From positions 31,672 through 95,671 of the forward strand of contig JAMCWA010000070.1 of the NCBI GenBank assembly GCA_023475165.1: 64,000 bases of DNA, written 5' to 3'. Both the position numbers and the translations under genes were made by a program. The notes beneath the pieces were generated by a model that was not told where the DNA came from, searched no databases, and worked only from the letters and a program-made list of their open reading frames with translations. Every line of letters begins with the position of its first letter. Position 1 is the first letter of the stretch. The stretch is from Bacillota bacterium (GTDB lineage: Bacteria > Bacillota > Sulfobacillia > JAMCWA01). Below are positions 7,957 through 17,910 of this stretch, piece after piece.

Positions 7957-10005
7957 TCAACGCTGGCCCGGTCTTATGGCCGCCCGCAGGGTTAAAACCA
8001 GCTCCTGGGCGCGGAGTTCTCCCAAAAGAAAATAATCGGCTCCGAGGGCGTGGGCCAGACGCTGAGACTGGCCAAAAGACAAAAGGCCGTTTTTCTCGAC
8101 GTCCACCACCAGGCTCTTGATCCGGGGATCGGCCCGGATGATGCTGGCCGCGGCGAGGGCCTCTTCCAACGGGCGACCGCTGCCTAAAGAGACATTGGCT
8201 CGTCCGTCGGTGACCAGGATGAGCCAGGGTGAGCGCTCCGGGGCTCGGTAGAAATGACCCTGGATGAGCTGGTAACTCTGCCAGAGGCCCGCGGCCAGGG
8301 GCGTTTTCCCCCCGGTCGGTAACTCTTGAAGGAGGCGGTGGGCTCTTTCCGCGCTGCTGGTGGGCGGCAAAAGAACCTGGGCTTCCTGGCCGCGAAAGAC
8401 GACGAGGCTGACCTGGTCGCGCTTTTGGTAGGCGTCAAGGAGTAGGGAAAAGACCGCTCCCTTGACCTCGATCATCCTCTCCTGCGCTCCCATGGAGCCG
8501 CTGGCGTCAACAAGGAAGACCAGGAGATGACCGGTCTTTCTTTCCCGCACCTTTTGACGCAGGTCGCTGTTTTCGATGACCAGCGCCAGGCCATCCCGGC
8601 GGCGGTAGAGCTGGTGGGGTGCCGCGGCCCGGATGGTGGCATCCAGGGCCAGGTCATCGCCCTCTTTTAGAATGGTGCTGCGGATGTAGCGTCCCCGGCG
8701 AGTTTGGCTCAAAGTGTGAAAACGGCGACCAGGTCTCCGCCGCCATAACCGGTCCCGTTCCCGTTCGAAAAGACGAAGGGGGTAGGGCTGGCCGATGGGG
8801 AAAATCCGCTCCTTCCCCGTTTGGCGTCCTGGCGAAGCGGTGACAGGGTTTTCCGTTCCCAGGCCATCCTGATAGTTTTTCGGAGAGGTTTCCGCCGCGC
8901 CTTTTGTGCAGGATGGATTCTCGTTTACCTCCCCACCCTCCATCCTTTCCCCTCGTTCGGGTGCTGGCGGCTGGTTTTCCCGGTGGCTTCCCTTGGGTGA
9001 GCTGCTGGAGGTATCCCTGGAAGCAGGGGGTTTTTCGGAAAGAGGCGGTCGATGGCGGTTTTGGTCCTCCTGGGAGGGGTTTTTTTCTGGCTGATTCTCC
9101 GTCACTGCGCGCTGGCGATGCCGGAGGGCCAATTCGGCCGCTTCTACCACGTCTTCAGCCGTCACCCACCGCCGTCCCTCCCAAGCGGCGAGGGCGCGGG
9201 CCGTCAGGGCCGTAACCAGATCACCCCGGTGTCCGGCCACTTGGGCCTGGAGACTCAGGTTGACAATCTCTTCCAATCTTTCGGGTACTAATTCGACCGT
9301 GGGGAAAATCTCCCGCGCCCGCCGGATTTTCTGCCGTAGTATTTCCGTTTCTCGTTGCCAGCGGGCCTGAAAGCCCAGTGGGTCGGCCTCAAAAGCCTCC
9401 CGCCGGCGCAGGAGTTCCATCCTTTCTTCCAGTGTCGGGAGGCTCTGCACCTCCACCACCAGGCCGAAACGATCCAAAAGCTGCGGACGAAGCTCGCCCT
9501 CTTCCGGATTCATTGTTCCGACCAGGATTATCTGAGCCGGATGCTGGAAGGAAAATCCTTCCCGCTCGACGATATTGACCCCAGAGGCCACGGCGTCAAG
9601 AATTACGTCCACCAGATGATCGTCCAGGAGGTTGACTTCATCCAAGTAAAGGATACCGCGGTGGGCCCGGAATATGAGCCCGGGCCGAAAGCGCGGTTTC
9701 CCGGTCTTAATCGCCGATTCAAAGTCAAGGCTGCCGATGACCTGATCCTCGGTAGCGGAGAGGGGTAGGGTCACCAGGGGCATGGTGCGTTGGCTGCCGT
9801 CAAGGGCGGGGAGGAGAGCGGCCAAGGAACGAACGGCGGTGGACTTGGCCGTCCCCTTTTCCCCCCGAATTAAGACGCCGCCGATTTTTGGGCAAATGGC
9901 ATTCAGGAGCAAGGCCCTTTTCATCCGCTCTTGCCCCACCAGAGCTGCAAAGGGATAAAAGACGCCTTCAGCAATCGATCTCTCAGCTGATCTGCTGGCC
10001 GACAA
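7957..10005 (-). CDS. chlD: Mg/Co-chelatase subunit, ChlD family (AAA+, low-complexity linker, VWA)
   Basis: ChlI-like N-terminus, Pro/Glu/Ser-rich linker, DATIRAAAP, VWA MIDAS VDASGSM, TGGKTPL, VTDGRAN. Confidence 0.92.
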   Translation of the reverse strand: MSASRSAERSIAEGVFYPFAALVGQERMKRALLLNAICPKIGGVLIRGEKGTAKSTAVRSLAALLPALDGSQRTMPLVTLPLSATEDQVIGSLDFESAIKTGKPRFRPGLIFRAHRGILYLDEVNLLDDHLVDVILDAVASGVNIVEREGFSFQHPAQIILVGTMNPEEGELRPQLLDRFGLVVEVQSLPTLEERMELLRRREAFEADPLGFQARWQRETEILRQKIRRAREIFPTVELVPERLEEIVNLSLQAQVAGHRGDLVTALTARALAAWEGRRWVTAEDVVEAAELALRHRQRAVTENQPEKNPSQEDQNRHRPPLSEKPPASRDTSSSSPKGSHRENQPPAPERGERMEGGEVNENPSCTKGAAETSPKNYQDGLGTENPVTASPGRQTGKERIFPIGQPYPLRLFERERDRLWRRRPGRRFHTLSQTRRGRYIRSTILKEGDDLALDATIRAAAPHQLYRRRDGLALVIENSDLRQKVRERKTGHLLVFLVDASGSMGAQERMIEVKGAVFSLLLDAYQKRDQVSLVVFRGQEAQVLLPPTSSAERAHRLLQELPTGGKTPLAAGLWQSYQLIQGHFYRAPERSPWLILVTDGRANVSLGSGRPLEEALAAASIIRADPRIKSLVVDVEKNGLLSFGQSQRLAHALGADYFLLGELRAQELVLTLRAAIRPGQR

Positions 10006-10070
10006 GGACCAGTCACCTACCTCTATGCCGCCAAAACTACCTTCTTCCGGGTAATCCCCCCGCCGCGGGT

Positions 10071-11165
10071 TTATGGATACACCCAGCGGCCATCCAGCTT
10101 AACCCCCAGAAATTTCTCCAAAAATTCGCGGTGAATCGCTTCCGGGTCGAGCCTTTTCGCCGCCTCTGGGTGGAGCCACCGGGCCAAATAGGCCATTCCC
10201 ACCACCGCTCGCGGGCCGGTGTAGATGTCACTGGACATGAGGTAAACCTTGTTCTTTTTAACCGCCGGGATATCCGACCAGCCCGGGCGCTTAAGCAGCC
10301 CTTCCCGGAGCTTTTGCCAGGGAGCCACTTCGTGGATTTTATAGCCGTTAGGTATGGAGCTGCTCAATACGCGCACGATAACTTCCGGTTTTTTGGCCAG
10401 AACCCATTCCGGATTGACCTTGGGATACTCCGTTGTCTCCTTTCCGGCGACGTTGAGACCGTTGGCGACCTGGATCATCTGTCCGCCTCCCGTTTTATCG
10501 GTGACGGTCTTAAAATCGCTGTAAAGTTCCAGGTAAATGGGGGTGGGCTTCTGTCCGGCCACAGCCGCCTTGATTTCGGCAATATATTTGTCCATGGTTT
10601 GGATATAAGCCCTGGCCCGTTCCTCCTGACCCAGGATCTGGCCGAGGGTAGTAATGTCCCTGGCCAGGGTCTCGGGCTTATAGCAGTCTAAAAGCACCAG
10701 GGGGATTCCCGCCTGAGTGATCTTCTCGGCATTTTTCAAAAAGCTGGCGTAGCCGAAGACGATATCGGGTTTAAGCTCGAGGATTTTCTCGACGTTAGGT
10801 TGCGACCACTGGCCTACGCTGGCGACGCCCGGTAAAAGTTCGGCCAAAAGGGGATCGGCCAGGGTGGTGTCGGAAACCCCGATGATTTTGTCCTTCGAGC
10901 CCAGGGCGATGATCAGTTCGGCCACGTCGCTATTGGAGACGACGATGCGGGTCGGGCGGCAAGGGACTTCCACCTGGCGCCCGGCGGAGTCGACGATGGT
11001 GATGAGTTTTTTCGCCGGGGTGGAAGAAGTGGTGGCGGATTGTCCGGGGCGGCAACCCGCCACCAGGAGGGAGAGCAGAAGAAAAACGATGAGGTATAAG
11101 AGTCCGCGGGCCAGAAGACGCCCCCAAGGACCGGAATCGTTTAAGCGCTCGTTGAAATTGATCAC
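10071..11165 (-). CDS. Fe-complex/cobalamin-type ABC substrate-binding lipoprotein (BtuF/FepB-like)
   Basis: Lipobox LVAGC, DSAGRQVEVP, PNVEKILELKPD, IPAVKKNKVY, GPR. Confidence 0.9.
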   Translation of the reverse strand: MINFNERLNDSGPWGRLLARGLLYLIVFLLLSLLVAGCRPGQSATTSSTPAKKLITIVDSAGRQVEVPCRPTRIVVSNSDVAELIIALGSKDKIIGVSDTTLADPLLAELLPGVASVGQWSQPNVEKILELKPDIVFGYASFLKNAEKITQAGIPLVLLDCYKPETLARDITTLGQILGQEERARAYIQTMDKYIAEIKAAVAGQKPTPIYLELYSDFKTVTDKTGGGQMIQVANGLNVAGKETTEYPKVNPEWVLAKKPEVIVRVLSSSIPNGYKIHEVAPWQKLREGLLKRPGWSDIPAVKKNKVYLMSSDIYTGPRAVVGMAYLARWLHPEAAKRLDPEAIHREFLEKFLGVKLDGRWVYP

Positions 11166-14100
11166 TTTACCTCCTCCTTCTGTACATTTTTTGACGCCAG
11201 TTGAACCAGCTCTTCCCTGATCTCGCGCAAAGCCCTATCCCAGTCGGCTACGTCGTCCGCTGCGTAAATGTCGATACTTCCCCCCTGAACGTTTTCCACC
11301 GGCTGGCTTTCCTCCATCATGCCCTCCAGATCAAGGTAGGCTTCCTTCAGTGCCGCCAGAGTCTCGGGATCAGGTTTCCAGATCCCCCTTTCGGCTGCTT
11401 CCAGCATCCGGCGGGCGATTTCCTCCAGCGCCCAGGGATTGCTTTCTTCAAAGAAGCGCCGATTCTCTTCGTTCAGGACAAAAGTCTGGGTAATGTCGGT
11501 AAAAACCCACTGTTCTACGGCTCCCGTGGTGGCTCCCCAACCGAATACCCGGCCCACTCTTTTGGCGATGTCTCCGGCTCCCTTATAACCGTGGGCTTTC
11601 ATTCCTTCGATCCACTTGGGATTAAGCAAGCGTGTGCGCACCACCCGGTTGATCTCGGCGCTCAAGCTGACCACGCGGGGGTGGGCGGGGTTGCGGCTGT
11701 CGCCGTGGTAAGTCCGCACCTCTTGTCCCGAGAGGACCCGGGCGGCGGCGGTAAGGCCACCATATTGACCAAAATGGGCGCAGCAACCCAAAAGATCATG
11801 CTCGTCACTGCCGTTATTCTTATAGGTAAGGGTAACGGTCTTCAATTGCTCCAGCAAGGCGCGCACCAGGGGGCGCCCGTCCAGACCGTCGCCATAAGCG
11901 AAGCTGTCATGTTGGAGGAAGACTTCGGCTAAATCCTGCTCGCGCCGCCAGGCACTGGCATAAACGGCCAGGTTGACTCCGTTACCATAAGTACCCGGGC
12001 GGGCGGAAAAGAGGCGGGCGGTGGCCAGCCGCCAGCGGGGGGAGGCTGGCCCCTGGGGTTCTTGCTGTAAGGCATGGCGGCGAATGAAGTTGTCGTCCTC
12101 CCGCTCCTCCAGACGGGCCACCAGCTGCACGGCCTGATCAAAAAGTTGGACCAGGTTGGGGAAGGTATCCCTGATGATACCCGAAAAACGTACAGTGACA
12201 TCGATGCGGGGACGACCCAGTTCGGCAAGGGAGAGCGGGGATACTCCCGTTACCCGGCCATCTTCATCCCAGAGGGGCCGTACTCCCAACAGGTAAAACA
12301 TCTGGGCCAATTGTTCACCCTGCGTCCACATGACATCGGAGGCAAACCAGATTAGACCGACGTTTTCCGGCCAGTGCCCGCTCTCCGCCAAGTAACGCTC
12401 CAGGAGGGCGTCGGCCAGCTTTTTGCCCACCTCCCAAGCGGCCGGAGAAGGGATCTGCCGCGGATCCAAAGAATAGAAGTTACGGCCAGTGGGTAAGACC
12501 TCCAGGGCTCCCCGGGAAGGGAGACCGGAGGGGCCGGCCTCGATATAGCCACCATCCAGCCCGGTAAAAAAGCTGTCGATTTCCTGCCGGGAAAGGAGGA
12601 TCCGTTGCGCGACGTCCAGGATCGCGGGGACGATCTGGGCCAGGCTGGCGGGCGGAAGGGAGGCCGTGGTGGCCAGTTCGGCCAGCGCATTTTCGTCTTC
12701 CGCTGCTTCCGGGTGGGCCAGGACCTGGGCGACGAGGTGCCTGGCGGCGGTGTGGGCTTCGTCCAACAGGGTGGAATAACTTGTTTTTCGACCCGGTGGT
12801 TTTTCACCGGGGTGGGCTAGGGCTTCGGCATAGTTAAGCCCCCAAGCCGAGAAGAAGAGGTGGGGCAAGCCCTTTTTTTGACCGCGGTCCAGCCGCAAAA
12901 AGGACGTCACTGTCTCCACCAGCTCCGTCCCGGTTGGAGTTTCCCCGAAAATGTGGAGCCCAAGGTTGGTCAGGCTATCTCTGGTCCTGGTGATGACCTC
13001 GTGCGCCCGCTTGACCACCTCTTCCATGGTCTCCTGCTCCAGGGGGACCTCCCCCGTCAGGTTGGCTTCCCTGATTTCCTCCTGGATGAGGTGGGCGAGG
13101 GCTTCTCGGCGGGCTGTATCCCCTTCGTCCAGCTGGGAGTATTCGTCCAGGTAACGGCTCAGGGTGTCCAGGTGACCGTAATTCCCGGCTTGAGCCAGAG
13201 CCGGGACATTGTGGTCGATCAAAGTGGCGTAGGAACGCCTCTTAGCGATGGTTCCTTCGGCTGGGTTATCGACCACATAGAGGTAAAGATGAGGTAAAGC
13301 GCCCAGGGCCAGATCGGGATAATCTTCTCCCGACAAACCCACCGACTTTCCCGGCAGAAATTCCAGATTGCCGTGGGTGCCGACGTGGATGATGACGTGA
13401 GTGCCGCGGACCCGCTCCTGGAACCAATAGCTGGCCAAATACTGGTGGGTCGGCGGCACGGCGGGATCGTGGAGGATTTTGCAGACCGTTCCATCGCAAC
13501 GGGCTCCGGCACAACCGCGCTTCGGTTGGACCATAATCATGGTCTTTCCAAAAGCGATTCCGGTGAGGACGATTTTGTTTTGGTAGACCATGGCTTGCCC
13601 TGGCGGCTCGCCCCAAGCGCTTTTAATCCTCTCCTGGACGGGAGCGGGCAGCTCGGCAAACCAGCGGGAATAAGTTTCCGCCTCCAGCAGGGCATAGGCC
13701 CCACCTTTTTCCACGATCTCCTGGACTGAGGTCCAACGGAATTCGGACACCGCTTTCCGCGTCATGATGAGGTCGATGAGTTCGCGCCCGTTCCGCGGGG
13801 GCTGGCCCACGTCATAGCCACGTCGGGCCATTTCCTGCAGGAGACGGGCGACGCTTTCCAGGGTATCGAGCCGGGCACCGCCGCCCACCGCTGCCTCGAC
13901 GCCGGCACAGGGGTTATTGTGGAGGACGAATGTTACCTTCCGCTCCTGGGGCGGGGTCCGTTTTAGCCGGGCCCAGGCCAGGATTCGCCTCGCCGCGTGG
14001 TGAACACGGTCGGGGATGGGCACATAACGTTCGGCGGTGATTCCGGTGTCCGGATCATAATTGCGCTCGGTGGCTCCTACCACCAGGGGTTCAATGATAC

Positions 14101-15034
14101 CGTCAAATTCGGGCATCCCTACGGCCCAGGCCACACTGGACCCCAGACCATGGTCATCTTTGAGCCACTGGGCCGGCGTTCGGCCGCTGACGACGATGGC
14201 TTTTAAGATGGGGACGTTAAGCTGCCGCAAAAGGGCCACGTTTTCAGCCTTGAGGCCGGCTAGAACGTTCCTTTGGGCGCCTGCAAAAAGGTGGGGCGAC
14301 TGTAGGTCCACCAAAACGTGGATGAGCGGATGACCGTCCGGAGTGAGGAAGAAGTGTCTGATGACCCTGGCGTTGTCCCAGCCCCCAGCCTCCACGGCCG
14401 TCATCCCGGCCGAAAAGACGGGTACGGCTGCCGCTCCGCTTTTTTCCAGCTCTCGGATCAGGGCCTCGACCACCCCCAGATTTTCCTGGACCCAGTTAGC
14501 CCGGTAAAAGAGAAGGCCGATGACGTACTTGCTTTGGTGCCTGTACCAGCTGAAATAAGAAGCGAGGTCGGGAAAGACGGATGGGGCTTCGGGGTGATAA
14601 ATCCCCTGCCAGGGGAGAGGGTCGGGTGGTTCGTATGTAATCTCCTCCCGGCCGCCGAGATGGGCCAGAAAGCGGAACATATTTATCAGGTTCTTTTTGC
14701 CGCCATAAAGGAAGTAGCGGTGGAGGGTTTCTTGCTGAGCGACGGGAAAAGTCGAATAAGCCCACTCCGCCGGATTATTGGTCAGGATACCCACTTTGAG
14801 TTGCTGCCGGATTTTTTGCCAGTTAGGGAAGAGGGTTTCCCAGGCTTCCTCCCCCCGGGAATAAACCAGAAGGATCTGGGCTTCCTCGAGGAAAGAAGTG
14901 AATGCAGCGCGTTTTTCTAGCAGCTCCTGGCGCGTCACGAAGAAGGGCTCAACAAAGTCCAGTGCTTGGACGGCAGCGCGGAGGGCGTGCAATTGGGTCC
15001 CCCAAAAAAGGCCGGCCACTTTCAATCGTTCCAA
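11162..15034 (-). CDS. cobN: CobN/BchH-family chelatase large subunit
   Basis: 1290 aa with HVGTHGNLEFLPGK, AKRR, LPTGRNFYS, LGRPRIDV, LNPKWIEGMKAHGYKGA, NPWAL. Confidence 0.93.
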   Translation of the reverse strand: MERLKVAGLFWGTQLHALRAAVQALDFVEPFFVTRQELLEKRAAFTSFLEEAQILLVYSRGEEAWETLFPNWQKIRQQLKVGILTNNPAEWAYSTFPVAQQETLHRYFLYGGKKNLINMFRFLAHLGGREEITYEPPDPLPWQGIYHPEAPSVFPDLASYFSWYRHQSKYVIGLLFYRANWVQENLGVVEALIRELEKSGAAAVPVFSAGMTAVEAGGWDNARVIRHFFLTPDGHPLIHVLVDLQSPHLFAGAQRNVLAGLKAENVALLRQLNVPILKAIVVSGRTPAQWLKDDHGLGSSVAWAVGMPEFDGIIEPLVVGATERNYDPDTGITAERYVPIPDRVHHAARRILAWARLKRTPPQERKVTFVLHNNPCAGVEAAVGGGARLDTLESVARLLQEMARRGYDVGQPPRNGRELIDLIMTRKAVSEFRWTSVQEIVEKGGAYALLEAETYSRWFAELPAPVQERIKSAWGEPPGQAMVYQNKIVLTGIAFGKTMIMVQPKRGCAGARCDGTVCKILHDPAVPPTHQYLASYWFQERVRGTHVIIHVGTHGNLEFLPGKSVGLSGEDYPDLALGALPHLYLYVVDNPAEGTIAKRRSYATLIDHNVPALAQAGNYGHLDTLSRYLDEYSQLDEGDTARREALAHLIQEEIREANLTGEVPLEQETMEEVVKRAHEVITRTRDSLTNLGLHIFGETPTGTELVETVTSFLRLDRGQKKGLPHLFFSAWGLNYAEALAHPGEKPPGRKTSYSTLLDEAHTAARHLVAQVLAHPEAAEDENALAELATTASLPPASLAQIVPAILDVAQRILLSRQEIDSFFTGLDGGYIEAGPSGLPSRGALEVLPTGRNFYSLDPRQIPSPAAWEVGKKLADALLERYLAESGHWPENVGLIWFASDVMWTQGEQLAQMFYLLGVRPLWDEDGRVTGVSPLSLAELGRPRIDVTVRFSGIIRDTFPNLVQLFDQAVQLVARLEEREDDNFIRRHALQQEPQGPASPRWRLATARLFSARPGTYGNGVNLAVYASAWRREQDLAEVFLQHDSFAYGDGLDGRPLVRALLEQLKTVTLTYKNNGSDEHDLLGCCAHFGQYGGLTAAARVLSGQEVRTYHGDSRNPAHPRVVSLSAEINRVVRTRLLNPKWIEGMKAHGYKGAGDIAKRVGRVFGWGATTGAVEQWVFTDITQTFVLNEENRRFFEESNPWALEEIARRMLEAAERGIWKPDPETLAALKEAYLDLEGMMEESQPVENVQGGSIDIYAADDVADWDRALREIREELVQLASKNVQKEEVK

Positions 15035-15045
15035 GGGTGCTCCCC

Positions 15046-15100
15046 TCTTTTCGAAAAAGAAAAACCAGGAAGCGGCTCTCCGCGAGCCTGCCTTCCTGGC
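15046..15100 (-). terminator. Intrinsic terminator inside the cobN 5' leader (attenuator)
   Basis: Sense strand gCCAGGAAGgcaGGCTCgcgGAGAGCCgCTTCCTGGttttttctttttcg, just before the cobN RBS. Confidence 0.75.
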
Positions 15101-15209
15101 TTAATTCCTGCATAGATTTTGCCCCTGAACCATCTCACAAATGGTCAGGACCAGATGCTGTTGAAGATTGATCAGACCAGGGATCTACTTGACCCCTTTT
15201 CCTGGTCCG

Positions 15210-15239
15210 ATTATATTACGAAAGGGGAAAACCTGTCAA
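15210..15239 (-). promoter_or_regulatory. sigmaA-type promoter of the cobN operon
   Basis: Exact TTGACA-N18-TATAAT on the minus strand. Confidence 0.8.
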
Positions 15240-15277
15240 CAGGTGGGCGGGAATTTTGAGCAAGGATCCCCGGTACC

Positions 15278-15510
15278 TTATGGTGGGCTGCTGGGAGGGC
15301 AAGATGGGCTAAACACTCTTCCAGGTCCTCTTTCAGGCAGGCGATGGCGCTCGGGTAGTGGTCCTGGTAGCGGTCCACCAAGATCTGGGCCAGACGCCGG
15401 GCTTCCTTCTTGTCCTGGGCCGCGAATATCTTACTGATCTCGCCCTTGAGGATTTTTGGGGCCGACTTGAGCGCCTTGGCCAGCATGTTGCGCATCTTAT
15501 GCACCGTTCC
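15278..15510 (-). mobile_element. IS256-family transposase internal fragment
   Basis: VHKMRNMLAK...IFAAQDKKEARR...RYQDHYPSAIACLKEDLEECLAHLALPAAH matches the IS256/Mutator C-terminal half; no start or ends. Confidence 0.75.
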
Positions 15511-15744
15511 GGTAGCCTTGCCAGCTACGTTCCCCGCGCTGGAGGTGTTCCCGGCCAAGGAACTCCGTCACTTCTTCTTCGATGGCCACCTGAAGCCAAT
15601 TCAAAAATCTGTCTTGGGGAGGAAGACACAGGGGTGGTTAACTTTTCGATTGCCATTTACAGGAAGAGGAGTTTTCGCTTAAATGATGTAGTATAAATAA
15701 AAGGTCCTTTAAATCATTGGAGCTTCTAGCAGGAGGGGTTTTTG

Positions 15745-16317
15745 GTGGATAAAGCCAAAATCGAGCAGGGGATGCGTTTGATTATTGAGGGAATAGGTGA
15801 AAATCCCGAACGTGAAGGTTTGCGGGAGACGCCCCGGCGCGTAGCGGAAATGTACGAGGAAATCTTTGCGGGCCTGGCCAAAGATCCTGGAGAAGCGCTT
15901 GAGGTTTATTTTACTGAAGAGGACCACGAAGAGATGGTTCTGGTAAAGGATATCCCGCTTTACTCAATGTGCGAGCACCATTTCTTGCCTTTCTTTGGTA
16001 AGGCTCACGTCGTCTATATTCCGCGCAAGGGTAGACTGACGGGATTGAGCAAACTGGCTCAGCTGGTTGACCTGGCCGCCCGGCGGCCGCAATTACAGGA
16101 GCGCATTACCAGCACAGTAGCTGATATAATTATGGAGAAACTTCATCCCCATGGTGTAGTCGTGGTTCTTGAAGCAGAGCATATGTGTATGACCATGCGC
16201 GGCGTTAAGAAACCAGGCTCGGTCGCCGTCACATCGGCGGTCCGGGGGATATTTTTACGCAATCCTTCCTCCCGTGCCGAGGCTTTTGCTTTAATCCAGG
16301 GACGTAAGCGATTTTAA
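15745..16317 (+). CDS. folE: GTP cyclohydrolase I
   Basis: [44 protein letters not shown]. Confidence 0.97.
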   Translation: MDKAKIEQGMRLIIEGIGENPEREGLRETPRRVAEMYEEIFAGLAKDPGEALEVYFTEEDHEEMVLVKDIPLYSMCEHHFLPFFGKAHVVYIPRKGRLTGLSKLAQLVDLAARRPQLQERITSTVADIIMEKLHPHGVVVVLEAEHMCMTMRGVKKPGSVAVTSAVRGIFLRNPSSRAEAFALIQGRKRF

Positions 16318-16346
16318 TATCTCTGGTTAGGAGATGGACGGAAGCT

Positions 16347-17552
16347 ATGTTTACCATAAGGGTCTTACATTTCAATAGTTTTGAAGAGGCGGAAGCCGAA
16401 ATCTTTTTGATGACCGGTGACCGCCCGGAGGCCGCCAGGCTGGCCCGTGCGGTTTATCCGGCCTCCCTTAAACTTGACGTAATTCCCAAAGCGGTGGCCG
16501 ACGCTGTAAATACGGCCTGGACCAGTCAGGGAGGTAAAGTGTTATCCGGGGAATTCGGCCTGCCTGCAGGAACCAGTGACCTTTTCCTGGATGGAAATCT
16601 TGCCAAATGGACGGAACTGGTCCGGCGTTTGCAAGAATCGGCAGAGGACCTTGGTAATCCCGAAATTAGAACTCTGGGAGTCGAACTAAAAGAGGTCTTG
16701 CAAAACTACGAGGGCAAGAAAAGTTATGCTATAAACTGCCGGGGACGAAGCTTAACCGTTGGCCGCCGGACTTTAATTATGGGCATATTGAATGTTACCC
16801 CAGATTCCTTTTCTGACGGGGGACGCTGGACCGATATCGATGCAGCTCTCGATCATGCCCAACGGATGATTGAAGATGGCGCTGATATCATCGATGTCGG
16901 TGGCGAATCGACTCGTCCCGGTCATATTCCCGTAAGCCTGGATGAAGAACTCAGGCGGGTTCTGCCCGTTGTCGAGCGGCTGGCCAGTAGTGTCGAGGTC
17001 CCTATTTCGGTGGATACCTCAAAAGCTCAGGTGGCCAGACGCGCTCTGGAAGCTGGGGCCCATATCATCAACGACGTCTGGGGCCTTCACGCGGATCCTG
17101 AAATGGCCGAAGTCGCAGCCCGCTTCGCTGCGCCGGTAATTATAATGCATAATAAGGACAAGCCGCTTTATAGATCCTTGATGGCCGAGATTAGTCTGTA
17201 TTTTAAGGAGACTGTATCTCTGGCCGAGAAAGCTGGTGTCAAAAGGGAGAAGATCATTCTCGATCCCGGACTCGGATTTGCCAAGAATGCTGAACATAAC
17301 CTGGAAGTGACCAGAAGGTTACGGGAACTGGCTGGCTTGGGATTTCCCATCTTGATCGGACCTTCACGCAAGAATACCATTGGCAAAGTCCTCAACATGC
17401 CGGTGGACCAGCGCGTCGAAGGAACTGCCGCCATGGTAGCGGCGGGTATTATCAACGGCGCTGACATCATCCGGGTTCATGATGTCAAGGAAATGACCCG
17501 GGTGGCGCGCATGACCGACGCCATCAGGAGGGGGTTGGCTTCAAGTGTATGA
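16347..17552 (+). CDS. folP: Dihydropteroate synthase with N-terminal extension
   Basis: IMGILNVTPDSFSDGG, GGESTRPG, DPGLGF, SRK, RVHDV. Confidence 0.96.
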   Translation: MFTIRVLHFNSFEEAEAEIFLMTGDRPEAARLARAVYPASLKLDVIPKAVADAVNTAWTSQGGKVLSGEFGLPAGTSDLFLDGNLAKWTELVRRLQESAEDLGNPEIRTLGVELKEVLQNYEGKKSYAINCRGRSLTVGRRTLIMGILNVTPDSFSDGGRWTDIDAALDHAQRMIEDGADIIDVGGESTRPGHIPVSLDEELRRVLPVVERLASSVEVPISVDTSKAQVARRALEAGAHIINDVWGLHADPEMAEVAARFAAPVIIMHNKDKPLYRSLMAEISLYFKETVSLAEKAGVKREKIILDPGLGFAKNAEHNLEVTRRLRELAGLGFPILIGPSRKNTIGKVLNMPVDQRVEGTAAMVAAGIINGADIIRVHDVKEMTRVARMTDAIRRGLASSV

Positions 17553-17910
17553 CCGGATCGGGTTAAAGGGAATGGTATTTCACGCCCACCACGGCGTTTT
17601 CCCAGCCGAGAAAGAATTCGGGCAACCTTTCAGTGTTGATCTCGACTTATACCTTGATTTAAAGCCGGCGGGCCAGAGCGACAACCTGGCCGAGGGCGTG
17701 GATTACTCACAGGTTTATGAGGTGGTAAGGAAGCTGGTCACCCAGGGCACCTTTTCCCTCATCGAAGCTCTGGCTGAGGCAATAGCCGCGTCGATCCTGG
17801 ATGGCTTCCCGAGGGTTAAGGAGGTAGCGGTCAGGGTGCGGAAACCTCAGGTACCTCTTCCCGGCCTCCTCGATTATGCGGAGGTTGAGATCAAAAGGGA
17901 GCGAGGATAA
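17545..17910 (+). CDS. folB: Dihydroneopterin aldolase
   Basis: FHAHHGVFPAEKEFGQPF, DYSQVY, LIEALA, VRKP. Confidence 0.96.
   Translation: MYDRIGLKGMVFHAHHGVFPAEKEFGQPFSVDLDLYLDLKPAGQSDNLAEGVDYSQVYEVVRKLVTQGTFSLIEALAEAIAASILDGFPRVKEVAVRVRKPQVPLPGLLDYAEVEIKRERG

Noticed and set aside
15046-15210. Canonical cobalamin or NiCo riboswitch
   Set aside because: B12-box core motifs and the NiCo GUGGGACAG/four-way junction are not visible; kept only as an unassigned leader.
16347-16740. FolP N-terminal extension as a novel fusion
   Set aside because: Similar ~130-aa extensions are common in FolP of anaerobic Bacillota and other anaerobes.
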